Source of the DNA: an uncultured Pseudomonadota bacterium
GTDB taxonomy: Bacteria; SAR324; NAC60-12
Length of the DNA stretch: 11,474 nt
Direction: 5' to 3'
Assembly: GCA_913020725.1 (NCBI GenBank)
Contig: CAJWCD010000116.1
Span: 1-11,474, forward strand
In this document: positions 1 through 9,824 of the stretch, piece after piece
Position numbering within the stretch: the stretch's first letter is position 1
How the letters are laid out: every line of letters begins with the position of its first letter
Position numbers and translations under genes: made by a program
Notes under the pieces: model-generated
Seen by the model: only the letters and a program-made list of their open reading frames with translations
The model's database searches: none
What the model was told of the DNA's origin: nothing

Positions 1-101
1 TCGCGCTCATCGAGAACGGGCAGCAGGCCGACGGCTCGATCAAGCTGCCCAAGTGTCTCGGCCTCCCGGACATTCCAGCACCCAAACGCGAACGGTTGTA
101 G
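1..101 (+). CDS. serS: Seryl-tRNA synthetase, 3' end only (partial)
   Basis: The frame starting at nt 3 reads ALIENGQQADGSIKLPKCLGLPDIPAPKRERL*, with TAG at 99-101. ALIENxQQADGSIxxP matches the conserved SerRS C-terminal motif (AILENYQQADGSIxIP). Confidence 0.8.
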   Translation, partial: ALIENGQQADGSIKLPKCLGLPDIPAPKRERL

Positions 102-145
102 GAGCGAGCTATGTCCGTGAACTTAAATCCTTGTTGGACTGACCT

Positions 146-949
146 TCAGCCCGCTGTTTCAAACCAAGGTTGCAGCCACTCCCGCCATGCAGCATGGGCG
201 GCAGCATCCAGTCCGGCCTGCACTGATTTCGTCCCCAATGTCAGTGGCTCCAGCGGCTCCCCGTTGAGTTGGCAGTAGTGTCCCCCGGCTTCCCGGAGAA
301 TGAGTTGCCCCGCAGCGTAATCCCACAAATGTTGTCGTCCGTGCAGGTAAAAATGCCCGCGCCCGGCGGCCACCCAACACCACTCCAAAGCCGAGGCTCC
401 AAAGTTGCGCTGAGAGCGATACGGTGGATTTTGCGCAAATGCCAGCCGCAATGCTTCCGGAAGCCGCTTCAAATCTACCAGAATGGTCTGCTGGTCCAGT
501 GGTGGTGCAGGCTGCGGACGGAGTCGTTGCTCCCCCAGCCACGCGCCCTTTCCCCGCGCCGCTGCAAAGCGTTCCCTCCGGTTGGGGTCGTACACCCAAC
601 CTAGCTGGGCCTCCCGGTTTTCGATCAAGGCCAACGCGGTGCAGTAAAACGGAACTCCCGCCGTGTAATTGCCTGTGCCGTCCAGTGGGTCCAGCACCCA
701 AAACGGCGTGGTCGCGTCCTCAAAAATGCGGGACTGCTCCTCCGCATCCATTTCTTCGCCCAAGACGGGATAGTCCGGAGTCAACTGCCGGAGTACGCCA
801 ATGACCGCCTCCTGAAGGGCGTGGTCGAGTTCCGTGACTTGACTGCCGTCCTGCTTCATGGACCAGTCCGTGGTGCCCTTCGACTTCAGGGTCTTGTGGA
901 GAATCGGCAGAAGCCTTGTGTCTAACTCTGTGGGAGTGGGGAAAGTCAT
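146..949 (-). CDS. Inositol monophosphatase family protein (SuhB/CysQ/HisN superfamily), 267 aa
   Basis: Family motifs KxDGSxVTExD, GEE, WVLDPLDGTGNY and WDYAAG are present. The substrate cannot be assigned from the sequence. Confidence 0.92.
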   Translation of the reverse strand: MTFPTPTELDTRLLPILHKTLKSKGTTDWSMKQDGSQVTELDHALQEAVIGVLRQLTPDYPVLGEEMDAEEQSRIFEDATTPFWVLDPLDGTGNYTAGVPFYCTALALIENREAQLGWVYDPNRRERFAAARGKGAWLGEQRLRPQPAPPLDQQTILVDLKRLPEALRLAFAQNPPYRSQRNFGASALEWCWVAAGRGHFYLHGRQHLWDYAAGQLILREAGGHYCQLNGEPLEPLTLGTKSVQAGLDAAAHAAWREWLQPWFETAG

Positions 950-955
950 AGACGT

Positions 956-3021
956 TTACATCCTTGGTTTCAGGTTTTCAGAATCGTAGGCAGCCTCCAG
1001 CGTGGCTTGGGCTGGAAAGCGTTGGCAGGCGATTTCGATCTCGAAGCCTCCTGTGGAGAGCATCGCGTCCAGTCCCTGCTCGGCAATCCGGATGTAGCCC
1101 AGCGCGATGGCACAGCCGAGGATGTGCCCGAAGGCTCCGGAGGTTGGTACGCCCCACCAGCGTGTCCTGCCACCAGATTGGCTCGCCGCTGTGCGGGTGC
1201 GCGTTTGAGTCTGCGAGGGTGAACTGCACCAGCCGTCGCGATACCCCTTCCGTTTGTTGTCGGAGCAGAGTTTTTTTACCAAGAAACGAAGCGGACTTGT
1301 TGAAGCACACCGCAAATTCCAACCCAGCTTGCAAAGGGGTGTCGTCTGGGCCAATTTCATGGTCCCAAGCGCGATAGCCTTTCTCAATACGCAGCGAGCT
1401 GAGGGCTTCCGTGCCCGCGAGTTTCAGGCCCAAACCGCCCCCCGCCTCGCAGAGATCGTCGAACACCGGAACCGCCGATTCGCTCGGAATGGTCAACTCC
1501 CAGCCCAATTCTCCGACGTAAGAAAGGCGGGCCGCTCGTACCAGTGTCGGGCCGACCTCGACCCTGCGGTGTGTGTAGTGCGGGAATCCGGCATTGGAGA
1601 AATCATCCGGACTCACACGGTTCAGCAGTTCCCGTGAGTTTGGTCAGCGATGCTGATCACGGCGTAGGCACTAGTGATGTCAGCGACGGTGACATGTTCA
1701 TCCGCATGGAGGTTGCGACGAATCCAGTCTTGATCACGAACGGGTTGCCCGGTTCCGGTGATGAGCAGAAAGCTCTCAGAGTCCAGCCGCATCAGGGTTA
1801 GGTCACTTTCGTAGCCACCACGCTGATTGAGCATTCCGGTGTAAACAACCCGGTGTTGCGCCTTGGAAACATCGTTCGCGCACAACCGCTGAAGTACCGA
1901 TTCCGCGTCGCGTCCTTGCACAAGCAGCTTGCCGAAGGTGGACTGGTCGAAGAGCACCACGGCTTCCCGAGCCGCCCGATGCTCTTCGGCGTGCAGCGTA
2001 TCCCAGCCGGGTTTCCCGAAGCTCAGTTTGGGGGCCGTCGGTCGCTTTTCCGGATTGAACCAACGCGGGCGTTCCCAGCCCATGCGGACTCCGAATTCGG
2101 CTCCAGCGGCTTCAAGTCGGGAGTGCAACGGGCTGAGCCGCAGATTGCGGGCGGTTTGGTGTTGCCGTCCGGGAAAGCCGACGGCATAGTGCAGGGCCAG
2201 CGTTTCCGGGGCACGTTCCCGGAGCGTCCGCAGCGTGTTTTGTGCCAGAGCGAAACGCCGCACATCAACCGGCCAGAGGTCCATTGACGGTTCTCCGGAC
2301 AAGACCCACTCGGCAAGCACACGTCCGGCCCCGCCGCCTGTGGCGATTCCCACCGAACACATCCCACAACCGAGGAAAAATCCGCGCAGTTCTGGAGATT
2401 CTCCAAGCAGGAAGCGATCATCCGGTGTGAAACTCTCTGGGCCGTTGAGCAGCATTTTCATGCCGATTTGTTCGAGTTCCGGAACACGGTGGAGCGCGTT
2501 GGCGAGGATCGGCTCAAGGTGCTCCCAATCCTCCGGAAGCAGCCCGAAGGCGAAATCCTCCGGAAGTTGCTCAAGGTCGAGTGGTTTGCCCTTTGGTTCG
2601 AAACAGCCGACGAGCAATCCGCCGCCCTCGTCCCGGAGGCTTCTGCAACCGGGATTTCCTCTGCGCCAATCCCGAAAGCCCGTGAGAGCGATGCCTGCCG
2701 CCGGATGTGGGTGAGGCGATCTGGGTTGGTGGCGATGCTGAGGCTACCCGTCTGTTTCCAGCCCGTGGCCTGTCCCGTTTCTGCTTCCAGCGAGGAGTAC
2801 AGCTCAACGCTGTGCTGCACGAGCCGCGTGAGGCTTTCGGTAGAACGAAGCTGCCGAACTTGTGCCGCCGAGTGCCACGTGGTGCCACTCGTCAGTTTGG
2901 CCCGCTCCAGCAGGATGACGTCGCGGCAGCCGTTTTTAGTGAGGTGGTAGGCGGTGCTGCATCCCATGATGCCGCCGCCGATGACCACGATCTGAGTGTG
3001 TTCCGGAGGGGACTCGTTCAT
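956..3021 (-). pseudogene. Disrupted GcvT-family FAD-dependent oxidoreductase (sarcosine/dimethylglycine dehydrogenase-like)
   Basis: Recognisable segments are the N-terminal FAD motif (VVIGGGIMGCSTAYHL, LTSGTTWHSAA), the central NGPESFTPD and GWERPRWF, and the GcvT-domain motifs DQSTFGK, SYVGELGWEL, LRIEKGY and TSGAFGH. They are spread over four ORF pieces. Lesions: an out-of-frame internal deletion at ~2638 (AEEIPVAEA joined directly to LRDEGGGLLVG), a 1-bp loss at ~1645 (restoring it gives IAGPNSRELL), and a 1-bp gain at ~1144 (removing it gives VGRTTSGAFGH). Confidence 0.9.
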
Positions 3022-3069
3022 TGCTGAGGTGAGCAGATTTGTGAATTATCGGAGCAGAGCCGTGCGGAT

Positions 3070-3318
3070 TCAGGACTCCGGCATTTGCGGACTCATCCGG
3101 ACGCGGGGATTCGGTGGGGTACGTGGCGGGCGTTTACGTTGGCAGAGCGCGTTGTCGGAATAGTTGACCACACGGCGCAGGGGGGGCTTTGCGGATTCAT
3201 AGACGCACGCATCCCCCTGATTGCTCCAAAGCCTGGCCTCGCTGCACGCCGTCAGCAACCAGCCGAGCAGTAAACTCAGCGCGAGCCAGCGGGTTTTTCG
3301 GAATGAAAGAGCAGTCAT
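3070..3318 (-). CDS. Small putative lipoprotein, 82 aa
   Basis: From the ATG at 3318 the protein has a basic N-region (RKTR), a hydrophobic stretch (WLALSLLLGWLL) and the lipobox LTA-C25. It fills the gap before the oxidoreductase and is co-oriented with it. The start was chosen by signal-peptide logic, not by the longest ORF (3456). Confidence 0.6.
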   Translation of the reverse strand: MTALSFRKTRWLALSLLLGWLLTACSEARLWSNQGDACVYESAKPPLRRVVNYSDNALCQRKRPPRTPPNPRVRMSPQMPES

Positions 3319-3458
3319 GAAACGGGAATGCTTGCGGTTTCCAGTGGGGTGCGGCATTCTGAGGCCGTTGACTTCCTGCAAAGCAGTCAGCTTAAAGGTT
3401 TCCAGCCGAAGCACAAGCCCGAACCCTGTTCTCCACTCACCCTTTTCCTTTTCCACCT

Positions 3459-4631
3459 GTGCCAGAAATCGGTGTTGGACTCTCTCGGAACCCGGATTCG
3501 CTGAGCGCAGTGGAGGAGGCGCTTCAGGGCGCCTACACCCACGCAGAGCTTGCGCAAGTGGATTGGGGTTTGGTCTTTTTCACGGCTCCCCACCTGCCTC
3601 AGGCGGAGGCAATCCGTAGCCAGTTGGTGGCGGAAACCGGATGCCACATGATCTCCGGATGTAGCGGAGCCGGAGTGTTGACCGACGAGGGAGAAGTCAC
3701 GGGGGCTCCCGCGTTGGCCGTGATGCTGGCGCACACGCCGGGCCTCAATCCGCTCGCCTTTGCGAAGTATCAGGAACTTCCGGACAGCGCCAGCGTCAAC
3801 CAACAGCTCAAGGAAACCTTGGAGCGTTTTCACGACGATCCGCTGGTGTTCCTCTTTCCGGACGTTTATCGCAACCAGCCCTTCAATTTCATCAACACCA
3901 TGAACTACGCAAAGACCCGTCCGCTGGTCTTTGGCGCAGGAGCCTGCGATGACGGGAGCTTGCAGGAATCGGTGCAGTTTGGACCAGACGGTACCGTGAA
4001 GTGTGGAGCCGGAGGCTTGGCACTCTCCGGAGTCCCACGCTACCGAGTCGGGGTCACGCAGTCCTGCGTTCCGCTCGGCGATCCCATGTTCATCACGGAG
4101 GTCAAAGACAACCTCATTGTGCGGTTGGACGATCATCCGGCGCTGGAGGTTTTTGTCACGGTGGGGTCCGAACTTGGGCTCACCAGCTTGGAAACCGCCG
4201 CACACCATTTGCTGCTCAGTTTCCCGCTTGATCCCGAAAAACCTGAGTTCACCGCAGATGCTGCGCTCGTCCGCAACCTCACGGGCATTGATGTGCCCAG
4301 CCAAGGGCTGGAGGTGCCACAAATGGTGCAGGAGGGCATGGTCGTGTCTTTTGCCTACCGCAGTCCCATCACTGCTGAACAAGACCTCTACGGAATGCTG
4401 GAGCGCATCAAGGCGGAGGAACCGGAACCTCCGGCGTTCGGGGTTTATTTCAACTGCGCTGCACGCGGAGAGGCACTGTATGGCCGCCCTGATGTGGACA
4501 CCGAGGCGATCCGGGAAATTCTGGGGGAGTTTCCACTGATTGGATTCTTCGGAGGCTACGAGTTGGCCCGTGTTCCTGCCGGACTGCAACTTTACTCCTA
4601 CACGGGAGTCCTCGTGCTGGTTTATCTCTGA
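3459..4631 (+). CDS. FIST N + FIST C domain protein (standalone small-ligand sensor family), 390 aa
   Basis: FIST-typical motifs GCSGAGV, FGAGA, GVTQSCVPLG, ITEVKDN..LD, LVRNLTGID, YFNCAARG and GFFGGYEL. GTG start with no obvious Shine-Dalgarno sequence. Confidence 0.88.
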   Translation: MPEIGVGLSRNPDSLSAVEEALQGAYTHAELAQVDWGLVFFTAPHLPQAEAIRSQLVAETGCHMISGCSGAGVLTDEGEVTGAPALAVMLAHTPGLNPLAFAKYQELPDSASVNQQLKETLERFHDDPLVFLFPDVYRNQPFNFINTMNYAKTRPLVFGAGACDDGSLQESVQFGPDGTVKCGAGGLALSGVPRYRVGVTQSCVPLGDPMFITEVKDNLIVRLDDHPALEVFVTVGSELGLTSLETAAHHLLLSFPLDPEKPEFTADAALVRNLTGIDVPSQGLEVPQMVQEGMVVSFAYRSPITAEQDLYGMLERIKAEEPEPPAFGVYFNCAARGEALYGRPDVDTEAIREILGEFPLIGFFGGYELARVPAGLQLYSYTGVLVLVYL

Positions 4632-4633
4632 GC

Positions 4634-5179
4634 ATGATGTTCCGGACTTCGGCACCTGCCGTTTTCGTACAAGCTTGGCGGACAGGGGTGTTTTGCCTGC
4701 TCCTGCTGCTCGGCCTTGGCGGTTGCGGTTATCACTTCGAGGCAGGTTCGCGTCCGCTTCCGGGAGGTGCGCAATCGCTTGCCCTGCTCCCGGTGCAGAA
4801 CCGGACGGACCATGCCGGACTGGAAACCCACCTCGCTTCCGAACTCCGCGCCCTCTTGCGCGCCAACGAGAAGCTGACACTGAAGCCTCGGGAACTCGCA
4901 GACCTGACCCTCACCATTACCCTGATCAGCTTGCAGGAATTCACACAGGGGGCGGAAGCTGATGCCGGAGTGGGCTACCGCTTACGAGGACAGGTGGTGC
5001 TGGAGGATCGCCGAAACCACAAAACGCTCTGGAGTGACCCCACGCTAACCGTCGAAACCGGAAATGCGGGCACCTACGACACGACCACGCTCTCGCGACA
5101 GGGGTTGACTCCAGCACATCGCGACGTGGTGCAACGCTATGCCGCACAGGTGCACCACCGCATTTTTCTGGATTTTTAG
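4634..5179 (+). CDS. lptE: LPS-assembly lipoprotein LptE family protein, 181 aa
   Basis: Lipobox LGG-C followed by GYHF (LptE CG[YF]xF pattern), then LPGGAQSLALLPVQNRT..GLE..L..EL. The size is typical for LptE. It starts 2 nt after the FIST stop. Confidence 0.75.
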   Translation: MMFRTSAPAVFVQAWRTGVFCLLLLLGLGGCGYHFEAGSRPLPGGAQSLALLPVQNRTDHAGLETHLASELRALLRANEKLTLKPRELADLTLTITLISLQEFTQGAEADAGVGYRLRGQVVLEDRRNHKTLWSDPTLTVETGNAGTYDTTTLSRQGLTPAHRDVVQRYAAQVHHRIFLDF

Positions 5180-5325
5180 TCGAGTAAATCACAATCCCGT
5201 GCATAAAAAACTTTCGACTTCACACGTTTTCCGTATGCTGTCGCCTAACTTGACTCAGGGGCGTGGCGCTCAGTTGTACAGGGACGCTCAACCTGGATGC
5301 GCTCCTAATGTTTTCTGGAAAACTC

Positions 5326-5682
5326 ATGGAAGACCAAGATTTGGAAAGCTTTCGTACTCAGTTGGAGGGATTGCGTCAGGAAATTCTCGGCGAGTCGGAA
5401 GGCACCCTGCATGACATGCAGGAGGAAAGCACCCTCTACCCCGATCCGAATGACCGGGCGGCGATGGAAACCGAACACATCACGGTGCTGCGCATTCGGG
5501 ATCGTGAACGCAAGCTGCTCGGCAAGATCGAGGAGGCGCTGGAGCACATTGAAAACGGCTCATTTGGATCCTGTAGGAAGTGCGGAGAGAAGATTGGAGT
5601 GGAACGGCTCAAGATCCGCCCGGTGACAACCTACTGCATCGCCTGCAAGGAAGAGCAAGAGGCCGGCGAGTCTCGCAACTGA
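5326..5682 (+). CDS. dksA: RNA polymerase-binding transcription factor DksA, ~118 aa
   Basis: Coiled-coil tip motif DPNDRA (DxxDxA), RIRDRERKLLGKI, and a C4 zinc finger CRKC...ERLKIRP...CIAC. The start is uncertain (ATG 5326 or 5308). Confidence 0.92.
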   Translation: MEDQDLESFRTQLEGLRQEILGESEGTLHDMQEESTLYPDPNDRAAMETEHITVLRIRDRERKLLGKIEEALEHIENGSFGSCRKCGEKIGVERLKIRPVTTYCIACKEEQEAGESRN

Positions 5683-5687
5683 TCGTC

Positions 5688-5729
5688 AAAAACAAAAAAG
5701 GCAGGCCCGCCTTGCGACGAACCCGCCTT
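5688..5729 (-). terminator. Rho-independent terminator of groESL
   Basis: The minus strand reads AAGGCGGGTTCGTC-GCAA-GGCGGGCCTGCCTT-TTTTGTTTTT. This is a 14-bp stem with four G-U pairs, a GNRA tetraloop and a U-tract, 27 nt after the groEL stop. Confidence 0.88.
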
Positions 5730-5756
5730 GCGCTCAGGGATTCCTGAACAGAACGA

Positions 5757-7738
<1,982 letters not shown>

Positions 7739-7853
7739 AGTTCTCCTTTCGGAATCTGGGTTTGGAAAAAGGTCCATGGCCCGGAGGGGCACTGGACGCT
7801 CTGATAAAGAAGCTGCCGGATCAAAACTGACCTGACAGTTCCACATGACAACA

Positions 7854-7882
7854 ATGCTAACGCATCCTCGGAACATCGGCAA
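7854..7882 (-). promoter_or_regulatory. Candidate sigma70-type promoter for groESL
   Basis: The minus strand has TTGCCG (7882-7877), a 17-nt spacer and TAGCAT (7859-7854), between CIRCE and groES. Confidence 0.55.
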
Positions 7883-7889
7883 GAGAAAA

Positions 7890-7916
7890 ATAGCACTTAA
7901 CGTTGATGAGTGCTAA
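7890..7916 (-). promoter_or_regulatory. CIRCE operator (HrcA binding site)
   Basis: The minus strand reads TTAGCACTC-ATCAACGTT-AAGTGCTAT against the consensus TTAGCACTC-N9-GAGTGCTAA. There are 2 mismatches, the spacer is exactly 9 nt, and the site lies upstream of groES. Confidence 0.93.
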
Positions 7917-7952
7917 CGAGAGGAGGAGGAGGGGCTGGGAGGAACAGAGAAA

Positions 7953-8117
7953 TCAGAGGTATCCGGCCTCGCGGGCCTCGCGTTCGACCTCCTCAAAATC
8001 CTGCATCACCTTGGTTTTTGCATCGTACTCGGTGAAGTCACGTTGTTCGATGAGAAAGCGCTGGAGGGCGAACTCCATGTAGGCGCGGTACTCCTGATGA
8101 TACTGGCTAGGGTCCAT
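7953..8117 (-). CDS. Small acidic hypothetical protein, 54 aa
   Basis: MDPSQYHQEYRAYMEFALQRFLIEQRDFTEYDAKTKVMQDFEEVEREAREAGYL. A GGAGA Shine-Dalgarno lies just upstream of the ATG at 8117. Composition is protein-like with GC-rich third positions, and it overlaps no other called gene. Confidence 0.7.
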   Translation of the reverse strand: MDPSQYHQEYRAYMEFALQRFLIEQRDFTEYDAKTKVMQDFEEVEREAREAGYL

Positions 8118-8254
8118 GAACGTCTCCGGATTGGGCGGGGTGAAGCGCTGGACCCAGTATAGGGGAATTGTGGACAACCGCAACGTGGATGCCTTGCTAG
8201 ACAGGGAAAATACCCGTACCCTCGTTGGAACAGAACACTCACAAACCGACGCTC

Positions 8255-9301
8255 ATGACCACTCAAAAACCACGAATCACTGTTCTCGCACTGGGCGGCA
8301 CCATCGCGATGGTGAAGGGGAAAACTGCCGTGCGCCCGGGCCTCTCGGCAGAGAACCTGATTGCCGCCGTTCCAGACCTTGTTAAGCTCGCCGATCTTAG
8401 TGCCGAGACGATCTCAAAGCTTGGCAGTTTCGACCTCACGGTGAACAACCTGCTTGAAGTCGCCACTCGCATTCAGGAACTAGCTGCTCAGCAACAGGTG
8501 GATGGTGTGGTGATCACGCAAGGCACAGACACCATCGAAGAAACCGCGTTTCTGCTGGATGTGGTGCTGAACGTCTCGATTCCGGTGGTTGTGACCGGAG
8601 CGATGCGCAATCCGCTGATGAACTCTCCGGATGGTCCGGGGAACTTGCTGGCGGCGGTGCGCACAATCACTGCTCCGCAGGTCCGGGAACGAGCGAGTGC
8701 CCTCGGTGTGTTGGTCGTGATGCTCGACTCGCTCCACACCGCTCGTCACGTCACCAAGGTCGATGCCAGCCGGATCGATGCCTTCGCTAGCCCCGCCACC
8801 GGACCGGCGGGCGTGTTGGTCGAAGACCGGGTACGACTCCACATGTTTCCAGAGCGCCGCTGGCACGATGGGCTGTCCAGCATTTTTTCCAAGACGGACT
8901 TTGCCACCTTGCAAAGCAATCCGAAACAGGTGGGGTTGGTGACGGTCGGGCTTGACGAATCCGGAGGGCTGATCAAGGCACTGAGTGAAAGTGAAGACTT
9001 GCTGGGCTACGATGGACTCGTCTTTGCTGCGCTGGGCGGGGGGCATCTTCCGGGACACCTCACGGATCATGTCTCCGCAATCACAGCCCGCATTCCTGTG
9101 GTGATTGCCCCACGCGCCGGTTCCGGAATCCTGCTTCAGAAAACCTACGAGATGATCGGTGCGGAAATCGACCTCGCCAACCGGGGCACACTCAACGCAG
9201 GCAGCCTGCCGCCGCTGAAGGCCCGTGTGCTGCTCATGCTGCTGCTCAGAGCAAAGGCCACCCCTAGACAAATTGTGGAAACCTTCGCCGCATTTGGCTA
9301 G
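8255..9301 (+). CDS. L-asparaginase family protein (no signal peptide, probably cytoplasmic), ~348 aa
   Basis: LGGTIAM (first catalytic Thr), TQGTDTIEETAF (second Thr), PVVVTGAMR, DGPGNL, VTK (catalytic Lys), FASP..GP.G and L.PLKARVLL. The start is ATG 8255, or TTG 8225. Confidence 0.93.
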   Translation: MTTQKPRITVLALGGTIAMVKGKTAVRPGLSAENLIAAVPDLVKLADLSAETISKLGSFDLTVNNLLEVATRIQELAAQQQVDGVVITQGTDTIEETAFLLDVVLNVSIPVVVTGAMRNPLMNSPDGPGNLLAAVRTITAPQVRERASALGVLVVMLDSLHTARHVTKVDASRIDAFASPATGPAGVLVEDRVRLHMFPERRWHDGLSSIFSKTDFATLQSNPKQVGLVTVGLDESGGLIKALSESEDLLGYDGLVFAALGGGHLPGHLTDHVSAITARIPVVIAPRAGSGILLQKTYEMIGAEIDLANRGTLNAGSLPPLKARVLLMLLLRAKATPRQIVETFAAFG

Positions 9302-9322
9302 GGAACACAACTGCGATAGGCG

Positions 9323-9577
9323 TTAGCCCTTTGGTTCCGGGATAACGCATCCCGCCTTTTCCCAGCGTTTCAGCACTGCAAGGATTTCCACCTCTGGAAG
9401 CTCTGTCTCCTGCACAAGAAAACCCATCTCTGCGGAAATCTCTGGCTGATGCTCACGCACAGCCTTGCCGCACAGGGCGGACCAAAGGCGGTGTTCCGCT
9501 TCATTTTGAGGCGGGCACGCCTTCAGGATTTTTTCCGGATGGCATTGCCAAAGGCCGGGGAGTTCAATGAATTTCAT
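9323..9577 (-). CDS. Small hypothetical protein, 84 aa, possible C-terminal winged-helix-like segment
   Basis: The ORF from ATG 9577 (MKFIELPGLW...) ends convergently 21 nt from the asparaginase stop. LVQETELPEVEILAVLKRWEKAGCV has an HTH-like hydrophobic pattern (impression only). The upstream extension to 9688/9736 is IS-derived. Confidence 0.5.
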   Translation of the reverse strand: MKFIELPGLWQCHPEKILKACPPQNEAEHRLWSALCGKAVREHQPEISAEMGFLVQETELPEVEILAVLKRWEKAGCVIPEPKG

Positions 9578-9596
9578 CCGCTTCTGAGCCTGAGAT

Positions 9597-9824
9597 TGTG
9601 GATTCAACTCGCAAGTGCAACAGGTTGGGTTGATTCCGGAGCATAGCTGATTTGGCGTCTTGAAGCCAAGACATTCTTGCAAAAGCACCGCAATTTGGTA
9701 GCGTTCTTCTTGGGTAAACTGCGTGTAGTCTCTCAGCGATGCCTCTTCTCTTGCTTGTCAGTTCAAAAGGCACTGAGTCTAACCCTCACCAGACGGTGAG
9801 TTGCGCTTACGAGTTGAATCTACA
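9597..9824 (-). mobile_element. 228-bp internally deleted IS30-family element (MITE-like, non-autonomous)
   Basis: Terminal inverted repeats are TGTGGATTCAACTCGCAAGTGCAAC (9597-9621) and, on the minus strand, TGTAGATTCAACTCGTAAGCGCAAC (9824-9800), 22/25 identical. They resemble the IS30 end pattern TGTAGATTCAA...GCAAC. The interior minus strand encodes (L)RDYTQFTQEERYQIAVLL, an IS30 transposase N-terminus, fused to CLGFKTPNQLCSGINP/PVALAS*, an IS30 transposase C-terminus. Confidence 0.9.

Noticed and set aside
956..3021. Programmed frameshifting or a genuinely split multi-subunit enzyme
   Set aside because: There are no slippery sequences at the breaks, the breaks fall inside conserved motifs, and part of the FAD domain is missing, so decay or sequence error explains it better.
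3387..4880. 497-aa minus-strand ORF
   Set aside because: Antisense shadow of the FIST and lptE genes with no recognisable motifs. Long shadow ORFs are expected in GC-rich coding DNA.
7918..7950. Purine-rich GGA-repeat tract (possible G-quadruplex)
   Set aside because: Short low-complexity tract with mostly two-G runs and no supporting evidence of function.
8255..8540. Asparaginase motif variants LGGT (for TGGT) and QGTDT (for HGTDT) as signs of inactivation
   Set aside because: Both catalytic threonines, the Asp and the Lys are retained, and such variants occur within the family.
8480..9310. 276-aa minus-strand ORF
   Set aside because: Antisense shadow of the asparaginase.
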